Part shown: in pieces, positions 12,950-26,527 of the stretch | Layout of the letters: the number at the start of each line of letters is the position of its first letter | Position numbering within the stretch: the stretch's first letter is position 1 | NCBI RefSeq assembly: GCF_006345805.1 | Contig: NC_042998.1 | Location: forward strand, 152,334,001 to 152,398,000 | DNA: 64,000 nt | Reading direction: 5' to 3' | DNA from: Octopus sinensis | Lineage: Eukaryota | The notes under the pieces: model-generated | The model's database searches: none | What the model was told of the DNA's origin: nothing | Seen by the model: only the letters and a program-made list of their open reading frames with translations | Translations under genes and position numbers: made by a program

Positions 12950-15900
12950 ATTTTTTTGCATTCTCTTAACTTCTGATTTATCTATGTCACATCTCAGCTC
13001 CTTTCTGCAGCTTTAAGACGCAACATTTTCAACACATGAACTGTTCCAAGTATTGCTGCCAACAGAATAACATTTCTTCTGAAGTTTGGTATTTGCAGCT
13101 TTTGATGCAAAAATACTGCTCTCTTTGAGATGGTCCCACGTGTACCGACTACAATAGAAACCACACTCACTTATCAAGTTCTATGGATTCGTTTCACTTC
13201 CAATGCTAAGTCCTGATACTTCACGGCTTTTTATCAGTATATATTGGCATATCCCATGTGGGTTCCACTTGATCATTTTCTACTGGCAAAGGTTGATGCT
13301 CTTACCACTTGTTGGAACATTCTAGCCCATACTTCTTGCAAAACTGCCAATGTATTCGCACTGCCACTTTGTCATGGCGTTTTTGTACTCCTTTTGGGTT
13401 AATGTTGAGAATCCACTAATTATATGCTTGTCTCAGATAATTTTCCACGTAGTCTACACAAAGATGACGCTGTTGCCTTACCAATGCTACATTTGATTGA
13501 TTTTGTACGTAAAACTTGTTCTTCAGCAGCAAGAATCAGTTTTATTCCCTTCTTTAAAAAAAATACATCCTAGCCATCTCCAGGATACTTCATCAGCTTC
13601 ATTCGATGATTGTTGGAAAAACTCCCTATGTAGAACTTTCTCTTTCTAGTCGATAATTTTTTCTCTATTAGTCCCCATATTGTACTCCTGGAAGGTCTCA
13701 CCATTGTCACTGATTACTTTGTCACTCAGTTCAGCCTGCAACATTCTTTCATCACTATTCCTCAGATAGGTATGCAATGATTTGATCTCCTTCACAACAC
13801 TATCCTCTATTCCAACCAATCCTCTTCCACCTTCCTTCCTAGGTAAGTAAAGCCCTACTACATTACTTCTAGTATGAAGGCACTCATGCATAGCCATTAC
13901 CTTCTTAGTTTTTTATTCATGTTGACAAGTTCTTCTTTTGTCCATTCCGCAACTCCTATGTAGTGACAAATTAGACTTACAATCCACGCGTTGACTCCCC
14001 TAATCGGGTTCCTTCCATTTAGCTTAAATCTACATAGCTTTTTAACTCTTCTAGTGTATTCAGAAGAAATTTTCTCCTTCATCTTGGTGTTTATCATCTG
14101 GCCTACTTGTAAGATACAAAGATATTTGTAATCCTCTTCGTTCACTACTCTCATCCGCTCATCATCTGGAAGTTGTAAAGTTGTACTCTACTGCTGTCTA
14201 CTTTTCGTCCTCTCCTCAGTTCAATAACAGTGTCTTTTTTTGTACCAAATGTCAGTCAGATGTCTTGAGAGAGAATTCGTACAGTCTGCATAAGGGTATC
14301 AAATTGATCTTTGTTAGCTTTGTAAAGCTTCAAATCATCCATAAAAACTGGTGGTTGATTGGTCTTATGTTTTTCTGTAGTTTTTAACTAGCTCCCATCT
14401 TTCTCAGCACAATGGAGAGTGGTAACATACAAACAATAAACAGCCAGGGTAACACCGAGTCACATTCAAAGATTCCCTTCTTGATGCTGGCTTATCCAAA
14501 TTCTCTTCCACCTGCAGTCAGAACTGTCTTCCAGTTTCTCATACTGTTTTTGAACAAATTAGTCATATTTTTTACTGCCTCGACCATCACCAGGCATTTC
14601 AGAATCCACGAGCAAGGAACCATATCATATGTCTTCTTATATTCAATTCAAGCCATTGATAAGCTTATCAACCTTCTTCGGTAGTTCCTCAAAATTGCCT
14701 TATGAATCAGCAACTGATCCTTTGTTCCTCGTGATCTTTTCTTGCAGCCTTTCTTTTCACCCGCTAATAGTTCATTTCTTTCAAGATAGTCGTAAAATTT
14801 CTTTCTCATTATCCCAGTTAGAAGGTTCTACATCACAGGTAAACAAGAAATCGGACGATAATTGCTGGCCACGGTACCCTTGGTTTGGTCCTTCTGAATC
14901 AATCAAATTGGCTATTCATTCTGGTACAAATTTTTGAGCACAGCCTTCCAGGAATTTTTGTAGCTTAGGATGTAAATTCGTCAAAACCTTGAACCAAAAT
15001 CCTTGAATGAACTCGGTTTGGACCAGCTGCCTTCCGATTTCCGGCTTGAACATCTTATCAACTCCGGCTTGAATATCTTACAAGGTGTTGGAATTGTTCT
15101 CCTGTATCGCCATGTCATAAAGCCAGAGTGCCCTGTTGTCGTGTTTGATACTCTCTGACCAGATCTTGCTCCAAAACGACGCTGCTTCTTTGAGTTCAGG
15201 TAACTCTCCATCTTTCATATCTTCTCTACCTAGAGTCTTGTAGAGAAACTGATTTATTCTAAACAGTTGATTTTGTTTAAACTATAGACATCTTTCGTAT
15301 CTTTTAATCTGAACTCCACTCGCTTTGATCTTTTGCTTTAACATATCCGATATAAATATATCTGCCAGATAGTTTTTGTTATTCATGTAGTTCTGTTTTC
15401 TTTCATTGAGCCTCTTATTTCCTTTCCTTACTTCCTCAATCTTACTTAAATTTTCCACTCTGTATCGATGCTTTCTTTTATTCTCCTTTTCCAGAATGGT
15501 TCTTTGTTTCTCTGTACTTTTTCTTTTCTAAACATTCCCATCTTCTATATGATGACATAAGTATTGACATACATCAAGGAATTTAGCTCAATAATATCCT
15601 TAATTGGAATTCTCATGATAATTTCATTCACTTTCTTAAGTTCTGATCTTAGCTTTCTTCTATCATATAACTTCAATAACGGTAAACGTTTCATTTCCCC
15701 AAGGAACATCATTTCCAGAATTCTGTCGCGAAGAGTAGCTGGTTCTGGGTTAATTTCTTCTAATATCTCTCTAGATGGAGGCACACTAATGTTTTCTATA
15801 TATTATAGATTCCCTCTCTCCATGTCTCAACTTTGCGGATCCTCCTGTTTTATGGGTATTTCTTCAGGACTAGTAGTCCTTTGCAGCGCCTTTCTCGCCT

Positions 15901-16160
15901 TCTTTATAATCTTCTCTTATTCCATCTTTTCTAAAACCACATTTTGGTCTTAATTTGTTCAATCTGATCTGCTAATTTTTTTCATTCATATCCTTCCGTT
16001 CTTCATATTGATATTTTTTTCCAGAGTTCTGATAGCCTTTTTCTATAGTCTTTCTCTGGCTCATTCCTAATATAACATTCAAACAGCAGTTTATTATTTT
16101 CTGTTGTCCGTTTTAATCTCCTTCGCTGTTGTGGGTCATCAATAGCTTTATGTTGTTGAT
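12950..16160 (-). mobile_element. R4/Dong-clade non-LTR retrotransposon (RT plus restriction-like endonuclease), near full length, decayed
   Basis: N-terminal ..ENNKLLFECYIRNEPEKDYRKRL; RT motifs KGTVASNYRPISC, GDSVLPWLFIVCM, HQFFMDDLKLY; YKYLCILQ..KMKEKISSEYTRRVKKL; LYLPRKEGGRGLVGIED. Many stops. Confidence 0.85.
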
Positions 16161-16189
16161 GTTGTTATAATTATCACACTATATTAGTG

Positions 16190-17320
16190 AGCAGGAATGT
16201 TGTGTTCAGGTACAGTGACAACAAATCTCAAATATCAAGAATTTTTCTTAGGGTTCTTGCACAATACATAAATCCACATTTCTGCAAGTCGACAATACGA
16301 GACTCAAGTCCAATCCCTTTCAGTCTTTTAGGTAGCATTTTGGGTGTTGTGCCAAGTACAACAATTACCACAGGAATAATTTTTGCTTTAGTCTTCCACA
16401 GTCTCTTCAGCTCTCTGGCTTGTTCCTGATATTTCTCATTTTTTAAAAATTTATTTGGTGTCGACTGTGTTATAGGGAATTGCAGAGTCTATGAACTTAC
16501 ACTATTTGTTTATTTTGTTCTCAGTAATCATATTAAATTTCTTTGCTTCAATAATATGATCTGTTTTTATGGGAAAACCACATAGGCCCCTGTAATTCTT
16601 ATTCTCTATAACAGCTTCTAGTTTTTATTCATACGATTTTTCTACTACTTTGAATCCACAAACTCGGTTAAAATCTCAATACACTCTTTTACCTACACAT
16701 TAATGCCTGCACTTATACTCTTTTTGTGTTAGCTTACTGCATTCCCTCAAGAGCCTCAAGAGATGGCTAATAATTTCGTCTCCTTTCAAACAAATTCTGC
16801 ATTTGCTTCTACCATGGGACTTTGTCCCTCGCTATTTTTAACTCCAAGAACTTCCACGGCAACAGATGCTGTGCAGTATATGAAATCGTATATCTTCAAC
16901 ATAGATGTTCGTTAACAGCTCTTTAATTCTTTATTTTGTTTTCCTATTTCGATTCCTCACAAGGTTGGTAGTCTTGCTTTCATGAGTTCGTGTCTCAACC
17001 AGGTATTGTAGTGAGTTCCTTCCTTCTCTGTAACATCCTTTCTTTCCACGATGAAAAATTTGTCTTCATCCGGGCCGTTATTTCTTTTCTGAGAACTCAT
17101 TGGACTCTCTGCTATTTCTTGTTTGATTTCCTCTTCTACATACTCTGGTTCTTCATTTTTCACTGTTGTGGAGATGCCTTTTCACAATTATTCTTTGTTC
17201 CGTGATAGCCAACATGTCTTTCTCGATCCGTATTTTATATATCCTTTTCCTGCATCCTATTTTCGTAGGCTCGCTTCTGTAATAACATTCAATCAGGGTA
17301 ATGTTGTCATTTTAAGTCTA
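16190..17320 (-). mobile_element. Second R4/Dong-type element, 3' fragment (endonuclease region)
   Basis: Decayed CRIC..GDEIISH...KEYKCRH and C-terminal EKYQEQARELKRLWKTKAKIIPVVIVLGTTPKML. Confidence 0.75.
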
Positions 17321-17344
17321 TCTTTTCCTAATCCTTTTAGCAGC

Positions 17345-18400
17345 ATTTAGATAATGACCAAACTCATCCTACTGCGAAAGACCTTTTACGGTCTTCATCT
17401 ACTAAGAAACTACAACCCAGAAAATCCCGACAAATTTAGGAAAGAACTACATTACATTTTTAAAAACATGGGATTCTCCATTACTGTACAAACATATCTC
17501 AAATCAATCAGCTTTCTCTGTGCTACTCGTTACTTAGAATCCATTATTTATAAACTCTACGCAAAAAAAATCCAGTATATACGTAGTCAATCTAACTACT
17601 AAAAAAAATATAACTAATGAGCTGATAAGGAGCATATTTCCAAGACTTTCTTTTTTATCTTTCAATGGAAAAATACTCAATAAAATAGCAACTCCATATA
17701 ACGAAGCTCTCAACAATGGCTGTTACACGGAAAAAGTACGATATATAAACAATAACACATCCACAACAAATAAACCCATGAGTAGAAAAAAGAAAAGTTC
17801 AACGTACAACGTACAGTAGCTAAATAATTCTTCAGAATACTCCAAAAAGCCCTCCCACCCCAGCTACAAGAATCATAAACTAATTAACAAACACGACATA
17901 AAAATGTCATATTCCACAACTAATAACTCGAAAAGACTATAGCCATTTACACCAGCCTAAAACTTTCTAAAAGTGAAAGCCAAAACCACGCACATAGCAA
18001 GTGCAACTTTACAACCTCTCTACCTTGCCCTCTAAACGGAAACTGTCTCACAAGTAATATTGTCCACAGGACAACTGTAACCCCGAACACTACAGCGCTG
18101 CTGCATACACATATATAGACACTAGTTCAAAAATCGACACATACAACACACACAATTTTCGCAACCCAAACAAGACAAACGACATAACACGGCTCTGAAC
18201 TATACCCACCACATTTCCAAAGCAAAAGGTTAAATCTGCTGATCAAGTAACCTTTTCAGCAACCTACATTCTTTTCCGAAACCTTAAAAAACAACTTCAA
18301 AATCTGAAGCTGACACACATGAATAGACACACCTGATTAAAAAGTTTTACGTGTATGACTGAATTCTGAACAATAACATAAGTCCAAAATTAATCAATAA
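17345..18400 (+). mobile_element. Degenerate Penelope-like element fragment (RT C-terminus to GIY-YIG)
   Basis: YGLHLLRNYNPENPDKFRKELHYIFKNMGFSITVQTYLKSISFL resembles PLE YRDDGL...ITIE.NLK.VNFLD. Later frame reads CNFTTSLPCPLNGNCLTSNIVHRTTVT. Confidence 0.8.
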
Positions 18401-18464
18401 ATATCTTCTAAAATACCTTTCCATTCATAACCTATTCTATAACCAAATTATCATTCAGTATATC

Positions 18465-18579
18465 CATTTGAGGTCATCTTGGCATAATATAGGCTCTGTT
18501 AAATTAAACTTTTCTGGTGTAGCTACTTACACCAGAAAAGTTTAACAGAGCCTATATTATGCCAAGATGACCTCAAATG
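18465..18579. repeat. Fold-back inverted repeat (about 52-bp arms, 6-nt loop, 5-bp insertion in the left arm)
   Basis: catttgaggtcatcttggcataatataggctctgttaa[attaa]acttttctggtgta-gctact-tacaccagaaaagtttaacagagcctatattatgccaagatgacctcaaatg. Confidence 0.9.
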
Positions 18580-18583
18580 CACC

Positions 18584-18628
18584 ACAGACCGATGATATCT
18601 TAGCTGGTCGAAACTTCGAAGTCACTGT
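18584..18628 (+). ncRNA. Degenerate hammerhead-like motif
   Basis: acaga-CCGAUGA-uauc-uuagcu-gguc-GAAA-cuu-cg-aag-UC-acugu. Stem III is palindromic (ACTTCGAAGT). The basal pairs of stems I and II are mismatched. Confidence 0.5.
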
Positions 18629-18662
18629 CACTAATACTCTTGATAAAGAATATGTATGTAGT

Positions 18663-18730
<68 letters not shown>

Positions 18731-18967
18731 TATGTGTGTATATGCATGTATGCTTGTATTATGTATGTATATGTATATTTATTCATACACAGCCACATTT
18801 GTGTGTGTGTATGTGTGAGTACGTCTTTCCAACATTAGCCAGAAATAAATTATTTAATTCTGCCTCTAGATTCGTTGTTGTGCTGTTTAACGATATCTTC
18901 GCTGCATCTCTTCACCCTGAATATTATTGTGTCAGGTATTGTACGTCTATTTATCCCCATATCGTTT

Positions 18968-19006
<39 letters not shown>

Positions 19007-19637
19007 GAAGAACGAAAGAAATATTGAAGTAAAGAATGAGTACAAGAAAGAAAAATGGGAAACCAAAGGCAAATACAAAAGAAGAATTGCTGGCGTCGTA
19101 GTTGGCACAGCAGTGTCGCCATTACGAAAATAAATTAAAACAGCTAAAACGTTACTTGAAAAATCGATAAAACCAGCTTGAACATTAACATCAGTTTTTC
19201 TTTCCTATATTTCTTCGCACTTTACGAAACTTGAGACTAGATTTATATCATGAGCTACAACATATATTGTAGGCCGCTTATAACATACATCATATGACAC
19301 CTTCTTTAATGGAGGATGGTGGCGTCTGGCGACAGTTATCACAGATCAATGTCGGCTATCTCCCTTTATTTAACACGTTACAAGCCAACGTTATCGCCTT
19401 TTGTTTCTTTTATTTTTGTGTTTTTTTAGTTCTTTTCTTATGCTTAATGTTCATGATATTGTTGTTGTTGTTGCTGTTTGACCCCAGATCTATCCTCTTT
19501 GAGTTGATCTATGATGGAAAATATTCAACCTGTAACTATCCCTTCTTTTCCTTGTTTAAGGTAGTGAAATTTAATGCCACGGTTCTGTGGCTGCTCTTTG
19601 AGCGACCACGTACATGCTCCTTTTGTAGTGGTGGTAG

Positions 19638-19800
19638 TGCTTGCTTGCTTGCTCGCTTGCTTGCTTGCCTGCTTCCTTGCTTCTTGCTTGCCTGCTTCCT
19701 TGCTTGCTTGCTTGCTTGCCTGCTTGCTTTCTTGCCTGTTTGCTTGCTTGCCTGCTTGTTTGCTTGCTTGCTTGCCTGCTTGCTTGTTTGCTTTCCTGCT
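19638..19800. repeat. (TTGC)n tetranucleotide repeat
   Basis: Direct inspection. Confidence 0.9.
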
Positions 19801-20714
19801 TGGAATCATTGTTGTTTAGCGCCAAGCTAGCCTTGTTTAAACAGTAATCTTCAAAGCCGCACTAGTCGTACCCATTCCGTCTTTATATTTTAGGGCAAGT
19901 TATCTAGAAACTACATTATCACATTTGATAATGTAGGTCTAGATAACATGTTATCCAGGATTGCTATTATCAAATGTGATAATGTCGAATTAGATATGAC
20001 GACTATATTATGGCCTTTGTCCTTTCTGTATTAAGATGATTCTGTCGGTCAAATACTCCACACCACCTTTCTTTAATATTTCGTGAAACCACTGAGGCTG
20101 CAATTATTTCTCTGCTTGATTGTTTGTGTGTGTGTGTGTGTGTTTCTTATGTTTATTCGGGCTTAATGAGAGAGGGGGAGATCCTTTAAAATGCTATAGC
20201 AATATGGTATGGTGCTGTACGGGTGCACGGTGGTGGCGTTTTATGCAATGACAGAGATTGGGGAAGTTGAAGCTTTGCTGCATCACCAAACTGTCCCTCA
20301 AATAAAACCTTAGGTTTAGTATTCTATCCCCTCTACTGTTGTGACTGTCAGTTTATGGCAGTGTTCTGTGTACAACATGTGATGATGTGTTGCTGATATT
20401 GTTGCTGAAGTTGTTCCGTTAACACATCCGTCAACCTTCAGTTCACCTCTCCTGTTCATTTCATTCAGAGGAAGACCCTAAACATTTTCCTCTTGCAATG
20501 TGCAGCCGTAGATTGATGCTGGAGGTAAATATTCTCAGAAATAGGGAGAGTGAAGTAAATATTGACGGGATTGGATGACGTATCGAATAAGGTTTCGGGT
20601 TCTAATCTGTAATCAATTTGCTAGCAGCGAGCTCAGAACTACAGCAGGGCACCAAGTCAGCACTTCAGGCCCAATATTTAAGGTATTGTGTCTACTTTAC
20701 GATACAATATGATT

Positions 20715-20885
20715 GAAGCATCACCATGACCACCACCACCACCGTCATCATCATCATCATCAACACCAACATCATCACCACCACCATCACTCTCATCACC
20801 AGCAGCACCTCCACCACCTCCACCATCACTATCGCCACAAATACCACCATCACAAACATCATCCTTATCATCATCCTCATTCTAT
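20715..20885. repeat. (CAC/CAT)n trinucleotide low-complexity tract
   Basis: Direct inspection; explains the poly-His and poly-Thr ORFs. Confidence 0.85.
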
Positions 20886-21109
20886 CCAATGTTTTCATCA
20901 TTCGTCAGTCAATGTTGAATGGTTTTCTCAGTTTTCTTTTAAAAATTTTTGTTTCATTTTATTCTCAGATTCTCGTTACCTACATACATATATAACAAAC
21001 ACACTTACGCAAGCACACACACACACATACACAGAGATATAAATATATATAGATATATATATGTATGTGTGTCTGTGTCTGTGTGTGTGTGTGTGTGTGT
21101 ACACACACG

Positions 21110-21161
<52 letters not shown>

Positions 21162-21389
21162 CAACACACATACACATACGCACGCACACAAGCATACATA
21201 CATACACACACACACACACACATACGCCGAATACAACCGATGCAACAGTTTCATTTCTCGAACCTTCACATATTCATCACACACTGACTTGTGCGTGTGC
21301 GCGTATTCGTGTCTCTGTGTGTGCACGCACATGTGTGTATATAATATGTATATACATGTGTGTATGAGTATGTACATCTATATAAATGA

Positions 21390-21493
<104 letters not shown>

Positions 21494-21494
21494 G

Positions 21495-23010
21495 ATGGCC
21501 GTCCACTCATGATCAAGGAAGACTATTGCTGACCTTCAGGAACATTGTGCGCTCTAGGACTAACTTCTTGCATTTGCAGTTCCGTTGGTGGCTAATGAGC
21601 CCTGCTTTAGACAAGCATACACGGAATGCAAACATTGCAAACCAAGCTTTCCCCATTCACTAGATTAGCAGTGCGCTTTTGAGTAGCACGCTTAAGTTCT
21701 TCATACAGAATGCGTGCTCTCTCAAAAGTGTCAACCCTCTCCTTAATCTGCTTCATCCATTTGTGGCGATGACAGGCATTGCACTCCCAGTTAGTCTCCT
21801 ACATATCACAGGCCGTTAATGAGGATTTGATACAGTCCTTAAATCGCAGCCTTGGTTTCTACTGGGATTTATTTCCATTCACAAATTCCTCATATGGCAT
21901 CTGCTTAGGGATCCTGCTATCCTTCATTCTAATAAGGTGTCCAGTCCAACGTAACTGGTGCTTGTGCACCATCGCCTCAATACTCAAGATATCAGCTGTC
22001 CTCAGGACCTGTGTCTCTGGAGTTTTCAAGGCCTAGCCAACATTCAGAATGTGTCTGAGACATCTCTGATGAAAGCATTCAAAGGCCCTTACATGACGTT
22101 TGTAAATGGTCCATGTCTCACATGAGTAAAGGAGCGATGTCAATACACATGCACAGTACACAGCAATTTTTGTTTGCTTTGTGATGCCATGCTGGGACCA
22201 GACACGAGACTGAAGAGACCGGAAGGAATCAGTTGCTCTCTGCAGCCTAAAAGATATTTCATCATCCAGGGAGCAAGAACAGCTGAGTGTGCTGCCCAGG
22301 TAGACAAACTTGTCTACCACTTTCAGTATTGTTCCTTCAACCAAGATAGTTGGTTCCACATATGGTGCAGGCTGGAACATTAAAACAGTCTTTTCCAGGC
22401 TAATGCTGAGTTCAAATGCCTTGCAAGAAGCAGAAATACGATTCATAAGTATTTACACGTCATCCACTGCATGAGTGACTAAGTCACAGTCATCTGCATA
22501 AGGGAGGTCATATTCTGTTCATAGCAATTCTGCATCTGTCTTGTTGTGAAAATCATATCCATTGTCCCTCAACCAGATCAGAAGCTACATTGATAGGGCA
22601 TCATTAACGAGACACCTATTCAGGCGGGTAAGAAGAATATTTGGCAGAACCTTGCCAGCAGCTGATAGTAGAGCAATACCTCTGTAGTTGCCACACATTA
22701 TTCTGGCTCCTTTTCCTTTATAGAGAGAAAGAATAATTGCATCCTTCCAGTCCTTAGACATTGCACCATCCCTCCAGACTGCACTAATAAGTTCATGAAA
22801 AGATTATATGATGTAATCACGACCTCAGCACAAATTCCATCGCTTCCAGGTGCCCTACCAAGATTAAATTTACTTATTGATGTCATTACATCATCTATTG
22901 GGGGCTTAAAATTTAAGGAGCCAATAATAAACACCTTCCTACACAATTCCTACGCCAACAGTCAAAAAGTGTGGTCGTCCCAATTGCGGAACCTGCATCA
23001 ACTGTAAGGT
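21495..23010 (-). mobile_element. RTE (BovB-like) LINE 3' portion, decayed
   Basis: APGSDGI; CKAFELSISLEKTVLMFQP..VDKFVYLGSTLS..LDDEISFRLQRA..F..L..RVW..HGI..TKIAVYCACVLTSLLYSCETWTIYKRH, a typical RTE RT/thumb region. Confidence 0.9.
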
Positions 23011-23047
23011 ACAATCACAACTTTGTTTTCCCTCTCTCTTCAAATCA

Positions 23048-23370
23048 GGACAGACTTTTACCTTAAAAAATTACTTTACATGTTCTTCAAAGAATTTAAC
23101 ATACGCAATCAAATATCAAGGATGTAATGAAGATTACATAGGTCAAACAAAGCTTACTCTGAGAAATAGAATGAAAATTCACCGACAACAAATACGAGAC
23201 CCCAGTAGTAGATAGATTCCACTGAGTAGACACTTAGACATAAGTGCAAAAAAAGTCCCCTAAATTCCAGGTCTTCCCACTCTACCTATGTTCAGCGAAT
23301 ACCACAGATGTTCACGGATAAACAAAGAAAATACTGTTATACAAAAGTACAAACCAAGACTAAACTTTAA
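23048..23370 (+). mobile_element. PLE GIY-YIG endonuclease fragment (Neptune-like), absent from the ORF track
   Basis: Manual translation GQTFTLKNYFTCSSKNLTYAIKYQGCNEDYIGQTKLTLRNRMKIHRQQIRDPSSR*IPLSRHLD, homologous to the 24484 ORF. Confidence 0.8.
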
Positions 23371-24009
23371 CAGAGTACACACACAAATAACTATTCACAC
23401 ACAAAATTCATTCTGCCATTTATCATGAGGAAGCTACACAGCTAACAACCTAACCTTTAGCCACTGGACTACATAAAAATGGGTCCTGTCCTCTCTCCAA
23501 CCAGACAGATTAAATTTGGAGTTCCTTGATTATAACTAAACACGTTCTCTCAACCGTGTCGGCTTTCTTTTTAGTGACACTAATGCACGAACGTAGCGGG
23601 AAACGTACAAAACGTTATAAACTTAATCATGTGTTCATTCTCTACAAACACTTGACAGAAAACGTTCAGAGCATTAATTGTTTGGACTGTTCAGTGAACC
23701 GTGTAAGTCTTAATTTACGACACTAAACATTGTCACTTGATACTAACACATGGACGTAGTGGAGAACCTAAAAAATTTCAAAACAAAAATTTCTACCAAT
23801 CAAGTCCTATTCAAAACATATACTAATTTGAGCCATGAACTCGCCATAAAAATAGGGCAAGCTTCAAGCACTAGTCAGAATCAAGACAGCCAGGTTTTTC
23901 TACTTGAGCATTTTGAAAATCTGTGTAAACTGTGAAACCGGTTAAAGCTTTAAATATATTAATAAAAATATTTTAAGTATTTTCAGTGCATTTTCAACTT
24001 CTATTTTTC

Positions 24010-24104
<95 letters not shown>

Positions 24105-24108
<4 letters not shown>

Positions 24109-24265
24109 GCACGGACTTTGTCAGTGAACAGGTCGCGGATTTTAGCGACGAAAATATTTTGACAAATTAAACTTAAATGTTGGAGTGAATCGAACGGCTT
24201 TTGTGTGTTTCTTAAATGGCTTATAAACACCTTCCACGCTGCAATTGTTTTCGTTTCAGCACACG
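24105..24265 (+). repeat. Single-arm copy of the repeat that forms the fold-back at 36404-36662
   Basis: ggtcgcgg..agcgacgaaaatattttgacaaattaaa..cttaaatggcttataaacaccttccacgctgcaa aligns with 36548-36680. Abuts (TA)n. Confidence 0.8.
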
Positions 24266-24483
24266 AAAAAAAAACGAAACAAGACTGAAATAAATATTTT
24301 AAAATTGTAAGGACGAAATTTAATATTTTTTATAATTGAACAATATTTAAAATATATGACTAGGGGGAAATAGCAACAACAACAACAACAGCAACAACAC
24401 GTGAACGACAACAACAAGACCAAAGAAAATGAGAATGAGGAAAACGAAATGAACCAGAACATCAACACAAACAAAGCCCCAAA

Positions 24484-25003
24484 ATGGAAAACACACTAAA
24501 CAAATATTGCATAAAAAGCAGTAGACGACATGACAAAAACCTAAAGGAACATCTAACAAGAGCGAAATTCTCATCAGAAACTAAAACTGAATTTTATGTA
24601 AAAGAGTGCGGAGATGGTAGATGTGGGATCTGCAGCAACCCCACCTACAAATACATAGAAGGAGACAAAGAAATGAAATTTAAAAGTGGTCACATATTCA
24701 AAACAAATGCAGATATGAACTGCAAGACGCAGAACGTAATATACTGCATAAACTGCCCCACATGCAAGAAGGATTACATAGGTGAAACTGGAAATTCTTT
24801 ATGCCAACGAGCCAGAATTCACCGTCAACATGTCCGACAGGAAGAACTGCGCAAGATACCACTGATTAAACACCTAGATTCATGTGGAGAAGGAAAATTT
24901 AAGATCTTTCCCTTCTACAAATGTCCAAAGAATGACACCTCCTTCGGGAGGAATATGGGAAAAATACTTCATAACTAAGTTCTCCCCCAAATTGAATGAC
25001 TGA
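24484..25003 (+). mobile_element. PLE GIY-YIG endonuclease region with Cys-rich linker (Neptune-like); one frameshift near the end
   Basis: KNLKEHLTRAKF..CGDGRCGIC..MNCKTQNVIYCINCPTCKKDYIGETGNSLCQRARIHRQHVR..PLIKHLDSCG; shifted frame continues EKYFITKFSPKLND*. No RT seen upstream. Confidence 0.85.
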
Positions 25004-26393
25004 AAATATCTCTATAATAAGCTGTACCAGATGAAGGACCAAATTTGTAAAGTAAATTCTATTAAACACACACGCACACACACACACAGTTCTACACATA
25101 TGTTTTGGTTTTTGAAAATGCAACATTGAACAAAGGATATTCTAATATTTGAATGAAACCATTTTACTTTAGTTTGTGGAACCAGTTGCTTCTGTATGAT
25201 AAAACTTGATATTTATTTAGCTGTTAATCAGTGAGATATTAGACTAAATCAATTGAAGATCAGACAATAGACTCAGTGGTTTGTATTTTGTCATCTGTAA
25301 CTTCAACACAAAAAAGTCTCTTTTCCAAATATGGACCTTATGAAATTTTGCTCATCATACATTGAAGGAAAAATCTTTCAATTTACAATTTAACAAACAT
25401 AGTGTAGCATTTAGTACACTGCATATTACTCTTGTTACTCACCAAAGCATGTTGACTTTTAAAATGTGAATAAAACAAACCTGTTTTTGTAATCCAGATT
25501 TTCCATCCCATGTAAGCACAGGAATCAAACATGGATTGAAAGAACTGGTTAGTGGTATAAATATCAACACAATTATTTTTTCTTCCTCTTTTTCTTCTTT
25601 CTTCCCTTCTCCAACGACACCCCTTCCAGATTCACAGGCACCCACACACACACACACATACACACATACACACACACACCTTCACAAAACAATAATAAAA
25701 AGAAATCCAGACAATTCTTTTTTGAAATGGCCAATTTCTAAAAACTAAAAATCATTTACAGTTGCAAAAATATTAAAAAAAGTGGCACTCTTGACTATTG
25801 CTAAAAGCCAATGACTGGTTACTCTTAACAATTTGACCATTCCTCCTTAACACTTCTTTCAGATACAAAGACACAAACACACGCACCACACACGCGTGCA
25901 CATAAACACACACGCACACACTCTCTCCCTCCCAAGACAATAATAAAAAGGAAATATAATTTATGGTCTTCTTTCTCTCCCTTTTCTTCCTTTCCTTCTT
26001 TTTCTTTAACATTCTTTCAGATACAAAAACACACACACACGCACACACACACACACACGCACGCACACACACATGCTCTCTCTCACTTTCTCCCCATTCA
26101 TCACCCTCTTGTACTATCTTATATCCCTCCCCACCACTACACACTCAATAACACTATAAAATGGTCAAAGTTTTTTCCACAAGAACTTAGTTCAATTTGA
26201 AAACTCCACCAGAATGGACGAAAGCGCTAAGTTATGATATATGATATAAGTTATATGATGTATAAAAACATGTAATATACAAATAAATATCTGTAAATAT
26301 AAAACCATGCGAATTTCTGAGTACCTCATTTCTTCTAATATAAAATACCTGTACATCATCTCCAAACCCTCTAATATATATATACATATAACA

Positions 26394-26429
<36 letters not shown>

Positions 26430-26527
26430 TGTATGTATGTATGTATGTATGTATGTATGTGTATATATGATTGAGTGTGTATATGTGTATCTATGTATGT
26501 ATGTGAATATATCTGTGTGTTTATATA

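Noticed and set aside
25024-25045. CAGATGAAGGACC after the GIY-YIG ORF
   Set aside because: Resembles the start of an HHR core, but the second half is absent.
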